The notes under the pieces are model-generated. The model saw only the letters and a program-made list of their open reading frames with translations, did not search any database and was not told the DNA's origin. Positions 34,601 to 46,860 of a stretch of DNA of 64,000 nucleotides are shown here, in pieces. Each line of letters begins with the position of its first letter. The first letter of the stretch is position 1. The position numbers and the translations under genes are program-made. The stretch is from Haliotis cracherodii (lineage: Eukaryota), in NCBI RefSeq assembly GCF_022045235.1, contig NW_027266308.1:31682001-31746000 (forward strand). Reading direction: 5' to 3'.

Positions 34601-37600
34601 AATTTGCTAAAGATCAAATTTTAATGAAATAAAAATATCATCCAACAAATAAAGATTGACATATCCAATGGTCCTACAGGAACTCAATTTCATAGTGAAC
34701 GGATAGAGGCATGCAGTCATGAGCACGATGTGCACGAGGTGTTTGAACACCTGTGATTGGATGTATCGTGACAGAATCGTTGCGCATCATCACCAGAGAG
34801 CACAACCGCATTTGCTAGTGTGGATGTCAACAATGAAATGCACTGATCCCTTCTCAGCATCAAATCGTCGTTTGACGACCGAAGAATAATGTAGATGCAT
34901 AGGCATGCTTGAAACTGGGCCAACACAACGTTACGTTGCAAATGTCTTCGGTGTCAGCCAAATTGTGATCGGTGGGGCATGGAGGTGAAATAGGCTTTAA
35001 CCTCCAGCTCATGATTATTGCACTTATATAGCGACGTGTCAGACCTTTGGATACGCTTAGCCAGCGACATGAAGGTGTTCAACAGCGTTCCTTCACACAG
35101 CGGGAAGACAGGTTTCTTCTGATTGCAGCAAGACGTCATCACGTCGTGACTGCAACCACACTGTTAATGGCGTTAACATTTCTACTAAGACAGTGCGTAA
35201 TCGTCACCCCGAGGTTGATGCACGGTCTCACGGTGACAGGTGGGCGCTACAGGGATGACTTTATGGAAAGGGTTTTGTCGCTTTATTTCTATATGTATAC
35301 GTGAGACGATATGCTGCTGCAATTGGACCGGGTTTTTTATCCCCCGCCGGGCCAGAATGGCCGAAGGGGGATTATGTCATGGCGCAGTCCGTCCGTCCGT
35401 CTGTCCGTCCCAATCAGGGTACTAAGCTTGTGAAATCAACTCCTCCTACAGTTTCCAGAGAATATCCCTGAAACTCTACACACAAGATGTGGACATGTTG
35501 ATGATACGCATATCGCAGTCCCGTTTCATTTCGACTAATTTTGACAGAGTTACTGCCCCTGTTTTACGGAGCTTCATTTGCCTTATTGTGAGAGAGGGTA
35601 CTAAGCTTGTGAAATCAACTCCTCCTACAGTTTCCAGAGAATATCCCTGAAACTCTACACACAAGATGTCGACATGTTGATGATACGCATATCGCAGTCC
35701 CGTTTCATTTCGACTAATTTTGACAGAGTTACTGCCCCTATTTTACGGAGCTTTATTTGCCTTATTGTGAGAGAGGGCACTAAACTTGTGAAATCAGCTC
35801 CTCCTACAGTTTCCATAGAATATCCATGACACTCTACACACAAGATGTCGACATGTTGATCATACGCATATGGCAGTCCTGTTTCCTTGCGACTAATTTT
35901 GACAGAGTTACTGCCCCTGTTTTACGGAGCTTCATTTGCCTTATTATGAGACAGGGTACTAAGCTTGTGAAATCAACTCCTCCTACAGTTTCCAAAGAAT
36001 ATTCCTGACACTCTACACACAAGATGTTGACATGTTGATGATACGCATATCACAGTCCCGTTTCATTTCAAGTAATTTTGACAGTGTTACTGCCCCTGTT
36101 TTACGGAGCTTTATTTGACTCGTTAAAAAAATTCATGCGGAGGATGTTGTGCTCTCAGAGCACTCTTGTCCTTATGGACGATAACGTACGACCTCATCGC
36201 GCCAGGATCGTTGATGCCTACTCAGAGCATCAACGGTCACCAGACCTCAACCCTATCGAACATATATGGAAAGAGCTGCAGATCACCCTCTCACAACGCT
36301 CTTTCCCTCCGGCATCTCTACAGGAACTCGGCAATGGTAATAATGAAGAGTGGAACAATAATCCCTTGGCAACCATCATGGCACTTATTGGGAGCATAAG
36401 ATGACGGCGATAAGCTGTGATCGCACCAGGTAGATCTGATGTGCGCGACTTAGAGTTGTTTTTTTTGGACAATGAATTCAATTTGGTTTTTCATAATTTT
36501 TTGACGTTTCAGTTTTGGTAAGATATTATCATTTTGACAGGTAACCTGACTGATAATTGGTCGCATCTCTTTTGCTGTCATTGTGTGGCAAATGACGACG
36601 GACTTTGATTCATTAAACTTGTCTTCACGCAATATTGCCTTTAGTTATTTCAATAGATGCACGCAATTTGACGTATTACCTTTGAAAGTTGTGATCATTA
36701 GCAAACCTGGAGTAATATATATGCATATATATCTGAAAGCAGATGTCTTGACTACGTCGCATATGTAGATACCAACAGTGGATATAATTTTTAAATATGT
36801 TAATTAATCATTTGCAGCCACGGAGACAAAACACATCTTCATAAACGAGGAGGAAAACAACTGGTGGGATGCTCGGGAAAACTGTAAGATGGAGAGAGAT
36901 CTGTATATTTCTGATACAGAATTCCTCCCTCCAGTCGTGAATAGCTCTCTACAAAGCAACACTTCTTACTGGGTAGGAGCCATGAGGTATTCAACATGGA
37001 TATGGACAGGCGAGTCTACAAAAGTAACAGTACATGTAGTTCCCAAAGCTAAATAGATACTATATATGCATCAATGTGGCGTTGTCTATGGATTAATTGT
37101 ACTTGAAGTTAATCTGTTATTGAAGCATGTAATGTATGATATTACAGAAGATGGTACCCCACTCTACAACTATGAAGGGTACAGTGCATCACCCACAACG
37201 AGCCCAAACAATGTATCCAGTAACTCTGTTTACGAGTGTCAACTTCAGTGTAAAACCAACCGTACAGTGGGCCTGAGCGTAAGAGTTTCTTTTGTCACAA
37301 ATAGTATTGATCCCAAAGTTGTATAAAGAATAGGATCATGTTGGTACATTTTCTTCTGTTTTGAAAACCCACACACGACACATGAAAGAAACATGAGAGC
37401 GAGAGATACTATTTGTTAATGTAATGGATGTTGTACAAGTACACCTGGATAATAAAAGATCCTCTTCATATTGATATCAATGGGTTTTTTTTATGACAGA
37501 AGTAACATGTTATAATATGTTTCAATGGCATTCTTGAGTGAGTGAGTGAATCAGTGAGTGAGTATGTTTTTACGCCACTTTGATCAATATTCAAGCAATA

Positions 37601-40600
37601 TCACAGTAGGGGACACCAGAAATGTGTTTCACATATTGCACCCATTGTGGGGAACCCATGAGCGAACGTTTTAACCACTAGGCTACCCCACCGCCACGGC
37701 ATTCTAAACTTGGGAGAGTAAATAAGAAAATGTACAACTTTATGAATAACAACGTCTGTTTATTCCATTAAGCAACGTTTCGATGCAGGTTCTTACACCG
37801 TCCTCCACTCCAGCTTGATAACGGTGTAAGAATCTAAATCGAAACGTCGCTAAATGCAATAAACCAGAAATTGTTATCCATAAAGTTTTATGTTTTCTTA
37901 CATGTTATATGGCCGATTGTTTGTAGGGGTGGACGTGTTAATGTCTCTGAACTAAGCTTTCCAACTATGATGGGTGCCGTACCCCATCAACAGGAAATAC
38001 AACAGGGTCGCTTTACAGTTCACTTTGCATGGTCACCTTCAATGTACAACCACCCGCACAACAGGCCTGAGCGTAGGACAGTGAAACCTTTTGTGTTGGA
38101 AAGAGTGGTGAAAAGAATTAGATCACATATTTACATTTCCTTCTGTTTTGAAAATTCCAAACGACACATGCAGAAAGCATGAGGGAGGGAGGGATTCTAT
38201 TTCTTTATGTAATTGATGTTGTACAAGAACACCATGATAATGTAAGAACCGCTTCATATTCATATCATTAGTCATGTTATGAAAATACTCTTTTTGTGAC
38301 AGGAATATACAACATATTTTGTGGTTTGTTGTGGTAGGGGGAAGTGTTACTGTCTAGGCAAAAGTATACAAATAGCAGTGCAGCAGGTGGGATGCCGTGC
38401 CCGGGTTGATTAGTGACTATGACACGAGTACACAAAGTCATTATGTGTTTCTGTTTTGTAGGGGGTAAATTGTTATTGTCTCGGAAATTCGTATAACGTT
38501 ACAAATACGAGTGCAAGAGGGATGCAGTGTCCGGGAAACCCAGATGAAATGTGTGGCGACGCCGCTGGGATGTCAGTCTATACGCGTGGTACTGGTATGT
38601 GCTTCCCTACACTTATATTATATCAAATATCGGATAGGCTTGTTAAAAGCTTGTACTCATAGGCAACATATCATCTTGTGTTATCTTCGAAGTTCACGTT
38701 GATATTGTGACAATCTAATAATCAAGATCATGCTGTTATCCTGAAGTTTTACTTCCGGCGACTCTACGTTGTGAACATAATAGTCATATTATAATTGTCA
38801 TAAACTGAACAATTCATTTCATTCAAGGTTTTACAAGAATAGGTAATGTACCTGATAATTGTATGTAAATTATGCTGTGTCACAAATAACTTGTGTATGT
38901 TTGTGGGACTTTATGTCACTTTCACCTCCTTGTAGGAAACGTTGGGTTTAAACCCTCGAAGATTGGCCGATGTGCTTATGGAGTGAAAATGAATAATACA
39001 GTTTCAATAGGACTAGACTTTTACTACGCTTGTATAGATTATAAGCGAAGATTTGCATATTATTCCCACAGTAAGTATGACCTATGTTATCTCACATCAC
39101 TCTGTGACACAATCGGCGTTTCCTGCAGTCTGAAATGATTTACCCAGGACACACATGACCAATCCTAACTCAACAAATGTAAACTTTAATACTTCAGAAT
39201 AAACTAAACTAAAACGCTGATGTCACCCATAGATCGTAACTGTCACGCGCATGTAGACCGCGGAAAACATATAAGTAATTATGTAAAATATGTAATTATG
39301 TAAGAGCCGCATACACTGCTTTCAGAATGCATTTCAAACGTTGACATATCTGAATAGACTGAAATTCTACAGCCCACGACAAGTACGATACAACAGACTA
39401 AGGATAAAGATCTTGCATTTTCGTGGCCTATCCTATAAGCGTATCATCACAACGATTTAAATAAAATCCGAACTTATAAAATCCCATATACTACGTTTTA
39501 CTCTGTCCATTATCATCGGCAACTTTCTAGTTGTACAACTAAAAAGACGTTACCGGACATCGTATTTCATATGTTTGTAGATACTCAGCAGGAAAAATGT
39601 AGTGGGAGCGTGTGCGTGTCCCCATCAGCGAAAAGCCAGAAACAGATATGGACACATGCTCATTACTCAAATGATCTGATCAGACTCAACGATTCAACTG
39701 CAAGAGAGATCCAGAATATTCCAGCATCATCTGTTTACTTTTGGATTGGGCTTGTATTGAAAGTCTCAAGGAAATACGTTGATGGTGCGTTTTATTATTT
39801 TGTGCTAACCTGTCAGTTTAAATTGTAAAAGGGGCGGTCGGGTAGCCTTGTGGTTAAAGCGTTCGCTCATCATGCCGAATACCCGGGTTCGATTCCCGAC
39901 ATGGGTACGAAGTGTGAAGCCCATTTCTGATGTCCCCGCCGTGATATTGCTGGAATATTGCTAAAAACGGCGTAAAACCATACTCTCACTCACTAAATTG
40001 TAAAAAAAACCGTTTATAACAGGAAATTGGTCTTTGATTTGTTTGAATTAATAAGTTAGCAGTTGTTACCACAAATAACTAGACAGCAACACCGTAGAAC
40101 CAAGTACATTCATCTATTTACGTAAGTGTGTACAACTATTAACATAACTTTATCATTTAGAATAATTAATACCGCTGGTTGCATTGTATAGTCAGTGGAT
40201 TATTGTTTCCAGGACAAGAGACCAATGGAAATGAGGATTACATCTTCCTTCGTTCCGAAGATCCACCAACATCGACATGCCAAGCTTTGAAAAAAGATGG
40301 CGTCTGGAAACAATACTGGCTACCCTGCCATTTGCGCCTTGCTTCTGTTTGTGAAGGTACTTAGCATGTGAGACGAATATGTTGTTTTACACAATGGTAA
40401 AGGGGTAGATTCTCTTTAATCTATTCGTATACATCGCTCTGATAATGTTATAAGATATGACTACAATGCAAAATCACATCGTCCTTTTTCTAAACAAAGA
40501 CGGGATGCGTTTCTGTCTTCTTTAGATCTTACTCCCCCCTCCCCTCCCCCCCTCTCTCTCTCTCACTCTCTCAATCGTACGAGCGCACACTATTGTTGCA

Positions 40601-42772
40601 CGCTCCAGAAATCATTCACAAATATAGCCTTTTTTTATAAATTGTCAGATATCCTTATTCATTTTCACCAAACAACTTATCGAATTATTGCAGATCAGGT
40701 TTAACATTTGGTATGTACGGAATGTTGGATGTTTATACGAGACTTTTTCACTTGTAATATCACCTGCTCCATCATTTCTAAAATAGCAACGTCATCTTTG
40801 TCAACAGTTTCCAGGACTCATCCCTCTCATCCCACCACAGACGTTCCGCCAGCTGTTGATAGTCAGATGGGTAAGTGGTCACTGCAGAGGTAACCCTGTC
40901 CTAAAAGAACTCGCTCGCTACGCTAAAGAACAGGGCTCGATTCCTAACGTTTAATATAAGTTCCTTATGTTTAAATAGTGTTAAAAGTGGTGTAAAATCT
41001 ATCATCACAATTACCAATTGTATTATCAACAGTCCACGTGAAAGCGATAAAGAATTCAGTTTCGCGTATCTCTATTCCTTACAATATTGAAAATTGTTTG
41101 TATGTAGTAGAACTCAATATTCCACAAAGCGACTTCGCTCAACGTTAGTGAGTGAGTATGAGTTTGCGCAGATTGTAGCAATATTCCAGTAATATCATGC
41201 GGGGAAACCAGAAATGGGCCCTAAGCTCTACAACTGTTGTTAGTGTATGCTAAAATACCAAAAGCACAATCATCTTAGCTCTGATTGGAACAGTCCCCTT
41301 GTCATGATTGCATGACATATTATTATATATTGTGTACTTTTATAGTGGTAGCAGTTTTCGGTGTGCATTCCATAGTGATCGTTTACTTCAGTATAGTATA
41401 CATACTTACTGGACATGCCTAATATTTCTTGTGTAAACTGGTACGTGCGTTTAACATATTTATCAAGCTTTTGACATCTAACATTTCCTTTTTACCAGGT
41501 GTAATCATAGGGCTGGCTGCAGGCTGTGTGGTTTTCTTCCTTGTAGTCGTCACTCTTGTATTTCTTCTGCAAAGGTGAGGTTCCCAGCAGCATTTCTTTA
41601 AATAGCAAAAAAGAAACCAGAATCTAAAGAATGAATTCATTTATCAGATACCATTCTTGGCATGTAACTTGTTATGTTTTTACATTAATGTGATGCTTAT
41701 TTAAATTTTTGAAGCAACTGTTTTGTGAAATAACTCGTAGCAATGCTGTATATTCATGTGTGAAAATGATATGTTACACGCACATATCGGGCAAACATTG
41801 AAGCAAGCACCTTGAACACATTCAACACTAGTGCATCCATTCACAATTTCGCCAAATTCATATGACCTGTAAATGAGTAGCATGACAATTTTGTCAGTGT
41901 CGAGGACGGGATACAAGCCCCGACACATTTCGGTCTACTAGTCATGATACATCGGGAAGCAATGGAGTAGTAAAAAAGCATAATTCCACAGTATACCATA
42001 CTATACAAGTTGATATCGAGAAGCATTCAATCATCACATTCAATCATGTTGCAAATGCTGTTTCAGACAACGCAAACTCTATTTGGATAGAAAAGATACG
42101 AATCAACAGGTGAACCTCAACCCGCAAACAGAAAACACGACCTACGACGGTCTCGATGTTCCGAGAGACAATGGCGCATACTCTGTTATAACCCCCGACA
42201 CAATTGACGGGAAGCCATTCACTCCCTCTGTTCCAACGGCGACAGTAAACCCCAATACTCACACTGAGAAATTCTACGTGAACCATCCTGGGACTGATGT
42301 TGAGAAGATGTCCAATTCCCTCTCAATGCCCAGTAAACAACACACCGACATGCCAAGAGGAAAGCCCCACATGCATCTCTCCGGACCCGACTACGACACA
42401 GCTGAATGTATTCTACAGTATAGAAGCGGAGATGGAGGGTACACTGGACTGGATATATCTGCAGTAGGTACTGGTGTAGCCAACTCCGACGAGGGTGTTC
42501 AGTACCACACCCTCGAGAAGCGCAGCTCCCCGGGAAGGGATAAAAGTGATGCTGGTTTGTATGACCCCACGGAAGCGGCAGAGGTAAACTACGACACCTC
42601 ACAGCAAGGGGGGAACGCCAGAAAAGTAGATGACTCGTACAGTCACATAGGCGCGATAGGCAAGGGGTTTGAAGAAGGTGCATATGATGTCGCTAGTGCT
42701 GGGCCTGTTGTGATCAGGTTGGATGACACCTACAACCATGCGAATGAGACCAATCATGAGGCCACTGATTAG
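31624..42772 (+). CDS. Receptor gene 3, same architecture as gene 2, about 622 aa
   Basis: Exons 31624-31687, 36818-37009 (GC donor), 37148-37278, 38462-38594, 38936-39070, 39581-39784, 40213-40356, 40787-40870, 41499-41574, 42067-42772 total 1869 nt in frame. TM is VIIGLAAGCVVFFLVVVTLVFLL. Confidence 0.83.
34950..36480 (+). mobile_element. Decayed Tc1-like transposon interrupted by a Helentron-type insert
   Basis: REDRFLLIAARRHHVVTA before the insert. MDDNVRPHRARIV...SPDLNPIEHIWKEL after it (Tc1 DD34E region). Confidence 0.8.
35333..36169 (+). mobile_element. Non-autonomous Helentron/HINE-like element carrying about 4 x 179-bp tandem repeats
   Basis: 5' TTTTTATCCCCCGC subterminal IR, (GTCC)n microsatellite, and 179-bp units starting near 35416, 35595, 35774, 35953. 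3' GCGGAGGATG plus hairpin GTGCTCTCAGAGCAC. Confidence 0.75.
37536..37696 (-). mobile_element. Family A SINE with internal deletion
   Basis: GAGT tail, family A body and TSD GGCATTCT. Confidence 0.75.
37723..37900. repeat. Inverted repeat with ~80-bp arms, resembling a Penelope-like terminal repeat
   Basis: 37723-37801 is the reverse complement of 37821-37900 (ACGGTGTAAGAA..TCGAAACGT.GCT.AATG.AATAAAC). Confidence 0.65.
37921..38410 (+). pseudogene. Decayed duplicate WSC exons inside gene 3
   Basis: Frameshifted copy of the first WSC exon (NYDGC...HLQCTTTRTTGLS|GT, about 37963-38072) and truncated copies of the second WSC exon start (about 37927 and 38338-38409). Confidence 0.75.
39831..39993 (+). 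mobile_element. Family A SINE
   Basis: Full A/B boxes and TSD TAAATTGTAAAA. Confidence 0.85.
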
Positions 42773-43971
42773 TATAACACATGATCTGTCGTCAGAGATA
42801 ATTGAAATCGTGGTAATGATATATTTGTTGCAGAGATCCGGATAGTATAGGTAGTAGTGTCTGGTCGTACAAAGGGAAGTACTTCTAGGACATGAGAAAT
42901 GTAACTGTACATAAGATGGGGTTATCTTTCAAGTGTTGCTGGATGAAAACTAGTTTGAAGCAAAACTCTCTCTTTATAGATCAAAGAGCCACATCTTGAC
43001 GGATATTATGTAACAATTATGAATTAAATTAAAGTAAGTACTTCTAAGTTAAAGAGTGGTTAAAAATGTATTAGTGATGCAGTTTAACATTGAACTTTTA
43101 CAAGTAATAGCGAATCTCACAAAAAGTATATATGTCTCCTGTTGGAGTCAGTTAAACAAAACAGCAAAAGTGAAAAAGTGAAATGATTAATGCTGACTGC
43201 AGTGTTGATGGCGTCAACGTTAAGTTCTTTTAATCTGTCTGTCTCTTTTCATTGCAAGTCGTGAAATATGAAAATATGTGTAGGTGTATTAAGATGTACG
43301 ACGACGATATAATCAAACATACATTTGCTGTGTTAGCTATCCCGGAAAAAGTACAGTGTAGATAGCATGTCTTCAGAATGGTCACAGAATAGACTGACAA
43401 TTGTAAAATATCAGACACACATGGAAAATAACTCTGAAAATGTAGATGAGTTTAGAAAATGAAATACACATCATTCTACATGTCATTTTATATAATAATT
43501 TAAGAGAAACGTTTTATCCTGATGTTTACACATGAGCCCCCTAATTGAAGTCTTTTATTTGGCTTTGTGATCGAAGGACAAACGGATTTCATAAAACTTC
43601 AGAAAAATGTACACCAATCTTCCATGTTATGAAATATATTTACTTGCTTTTTTATTTGTTTTTTTTAACACCACGGCCAACAGTAGTGAAGTCATATTAC
43701 GACTGGCTGTAAAAGGCCGAGTCTAGGCCAGATAAACCAATGGTTGATAGCATGAACAACATACATATTATTGACGGCATGTTGACCCCGTTAGTTTCAT
43801 GACTTGGTTTACAATCTAAACTGCCGGACATTAGAAAGAATTCACCAATGTGTGAGGGTGGTTTAAAACGAAACAAACAAGAAATTCGAAGGTAATGTAA
43901 TGGGCAGAGTGAAACGGGTATTGTCAATGTCAGTTTGAGTTGGTTCACAGATACCCGACATTCAGCCCACT

Positions 43972-44100
43972 ACTGAGTATGGTTGTACGCCGCTTTTAGC
44001 AATATTCGAGCAATGTCACGGCGGGGGACACCGGAAATGGGCTTCACACATTGTACCAATGTCGGGAATCGAACCAGGGTCTTCGGCTTGACGAGCGAAA
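43972..44100 (-). mobile_element. 5'-truncated family A SINE flanked by an 89-bp direct repeat
   Basis: 43869-43957 equals 44104-44192 with one mismatch. Confidence 0.8.
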
Positions 44101-44759
44101 AAGCGAAACAAACAAGAAATTCGAAGGTAATGTAACGGGCAGAGTGAAACGGGTATTGTCAATGTCAGTTTGAGTTGGTTCACAGATACCCGGCTAACGT
44201 TTTGATAACGTTTGTAACTTTTGGGTCAAATCCGATTTTCAAGTGTGTGCTCTCTTTTGTATGGCAGTTTTGAAGACGATTCAGACACTTACTTTCACGT
44301 AAAAAATTCCATATATCTTTTTCTATATTGTAAAATATATTTACATGTTTATGTGTACTTATGTATTTCTTGTTCAAATAATACGCCCACATGCATTGTA
44401 ACACGTTGCCACTTTGAGGCCTCTCTCAACTGACTGAACATATTCAAAACGCGTTTCAAACCTTAATTTCTCTCAACTTTCAAAAATACATTTGCAGTAG
44501 ATTAATATTCCGTTAAACTTAATTAATTCAATGAATAATTTGTTATTAGTAATGTAATCACATATTTTGAAAATGTTTCCGATTTCGCAACCATATTCAC
44601 ACCTGATTTCTTTACACAATATTATACACAAGTATTATTTAATCACCATCGTTTAACTTTTTATGCAGGTTTTTGTTCTGAATACAGGCTTTGTCGCTTT
44701 TTATCAATGGTTATGATAAGTACTATCTAAATACTATCGTATGCGCCCGTGATTTAATT

Positions 44760-45100
44760 GTCTTGAGAAGTTGAATGTAGTTTGCCTTTTCGTTATATTC
44801 CAACAGCTCCACCTTTTTTGTCCACATTTCAAATCTTTTGAGGTACAATCGATATCGAGCATGCTTTTTCTACGAAAATTTCAAAGAACGTCCGACGACT
44901 CAAGCTCAAGAGTTGCCTCATTCGGGTTATAGCACTCGAGGCCCTAGTAAAGCTCTCTAAAAGGATGATGGTGGACACGTGAAAGACATTTACAAATTTA
45001 ACGCATGCGTGTCCAAAATGATGTCCGATACAATTATCAATTTTGAGTCCAACAATTAATGTGATTGTGACGGGTGCCACCGTTGGGGCCGGATACATGA
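44760..45100 (+). mobile_element. Penelope-like RT C-terminal remnant
   Basis: IPTAP..YNRYRACF-like peptide followed by TGTGACGGGTGCCACCGTTGGGGCCGGATAC. Inverse homolog of 46350-46860. Confidence 0.5.
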
Positions 45101-46349
45101 GTTGATGTTAGCATTAATTGAGCTATTTGACAAAATGTTGGATCCCAACTGTGACCTTCATGTCCGCAAGTGTGTACAGCTACAAACGTTTTCCCATGTA
45201 AAAGAAAGGTTTCTGTTTTTTCGCAAAGTTTATCACCAAATGTTAATTACCTACTGTGAACCATAGAAAATGAATAATTGCACATACAGGTATGTGCACA
45301 ATGAGTTTATAATATATATGCATTTTGCATCCTTTATCATTTGCCATACAATTGTGACTTATTGTGGAAGGTATTTGTCATGTATTCATGCTTCACGTGA
45401 TGCACACAGGTCACAAATCAGTCGAATTTCCTCAGAGTTGATCAGGGTGAGATCGTAGTGCGTATGTTAACCTAGTCTCATAGTCGGGAGCGGAAAATAA
45501 AATTTGAATGCACATTGTATACACACTCATAATAATTTATTGCCATCAGCAGGTTACGTCATATATATTAAATGATCAGCTTCTTGAAACTATATGAATA
45601 AAATGTACTTTTATACACAAAAGTGTTTCGTCTTATGTTGTGATACAATATTATTCATACGTATTGTTTCCAGACGATCTTAAAATCGTGTTCCGAAATC
45701 GAGTCACTCGGCTACTTCATGTAACAAATCATGTCATACATGTATGTGTGGATCAAGGTAAGTTTGGTTCTGAGTAGTGGATGTTACCAACCAGTGCTTA
45801 TTGTTTATAACCTGATAAAAATAATAAGGTACATCACAGCGATATCTGAGACTACAAATGTTCCAGAAGAAATTGAAGCATTATGAATGAAAGTGGTTTA
45901 TGTAGTTATGCGCACAAAAACAATTTACTGAAGCTGAGAGTACAACCTGTGTGACAATGTCGCTATTAAATAATTAATTGGCAGGGCCAAAATAGCCCGC
46001 ATATTAAGTTTCTCTCTATACGTGAAACTGATATAAACTTCTACCAGCTCTGTCCACAGTTTGAAGGAAGCAGCTTGATGCGGCCGTCATATCGACTGTT
46101 TCAATCAGAGGTGGTTATTTTGATTGGATATCTCTGATTGACCATTCGGAATCGAGTAACGTCCAGCTATGATATCACGACGGCCTGAATATAATCTCAT
46201 ATTGGCCCGACAAACTAGCGTTTAATATCATAAGCAACGTTCAACGTTCACCTGTACGATGACTCTCAATCACCAAAGCCACCTAACCTAACCACCCGAT
46301 CTTTTAAATAAAAGCGACCCTTTCTATATTCATAAAAAAATCTCTGCCA

Positions 46350-46860
46350 AAATAGAGTCGATTATACAGTCCGACTATAGCTTGAGCATGTGGTTATGAA
46401 TCACTCTCAAATAGCGGTGATTCCAGGTGTTCGCGAAAAGGGGAGCGTATCCTGCTCCATCGGGGACACCAGTCACACAAAAACCATGCAAAAACATCTG
46501 TTCACCTAAAACAATACGGGAACATGTGGTTGAAGTCAAAATAGGAAATCATTTTTGTTACTGTTGCGTCAAATTTGGAAATGTCCCCCACATGTCTACC
46601 ATAAATGTTGTAACCATAATCAAACAACTTCTGAGCATGAGTTGTATGACGCTCTTTAAATCTTTGCTAGAAAGGAATGCTCGATTGTATTTCAAAGTTG
46701 CTAAATGTAGACACTAAGGGCTGGAGCTGTCGGAATATTGCTCGACATAAAGGCAAAGTTGACTATTGAAAGTTGAACTCATCCCTCTTGTCATACAGTC
46801 TTGTGGAGAGTCATTCTAAATCTTTATGCATAGATCTAAATACGTAACAGATGTAAACTT
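46350..46860 (-). mobile_element. Penelope-like RT C-terminal remnant and 3' repeat
   Basis: Minus strand reads LSTRLYDKRDEFNF/IVNFAFMSSNIPTAPALSVYI, the YDKRDDF..SNIP..PAYGVY motif of invertebrate PLE-type RTs. The superfamily assignment is from memory. Confidence 0.6.

Noticed and set aside
35476-36022. Three near-identical 62-aa ORFs on the minus strand
   Set aside because: Artefact of the 179-bp tandem repeat.
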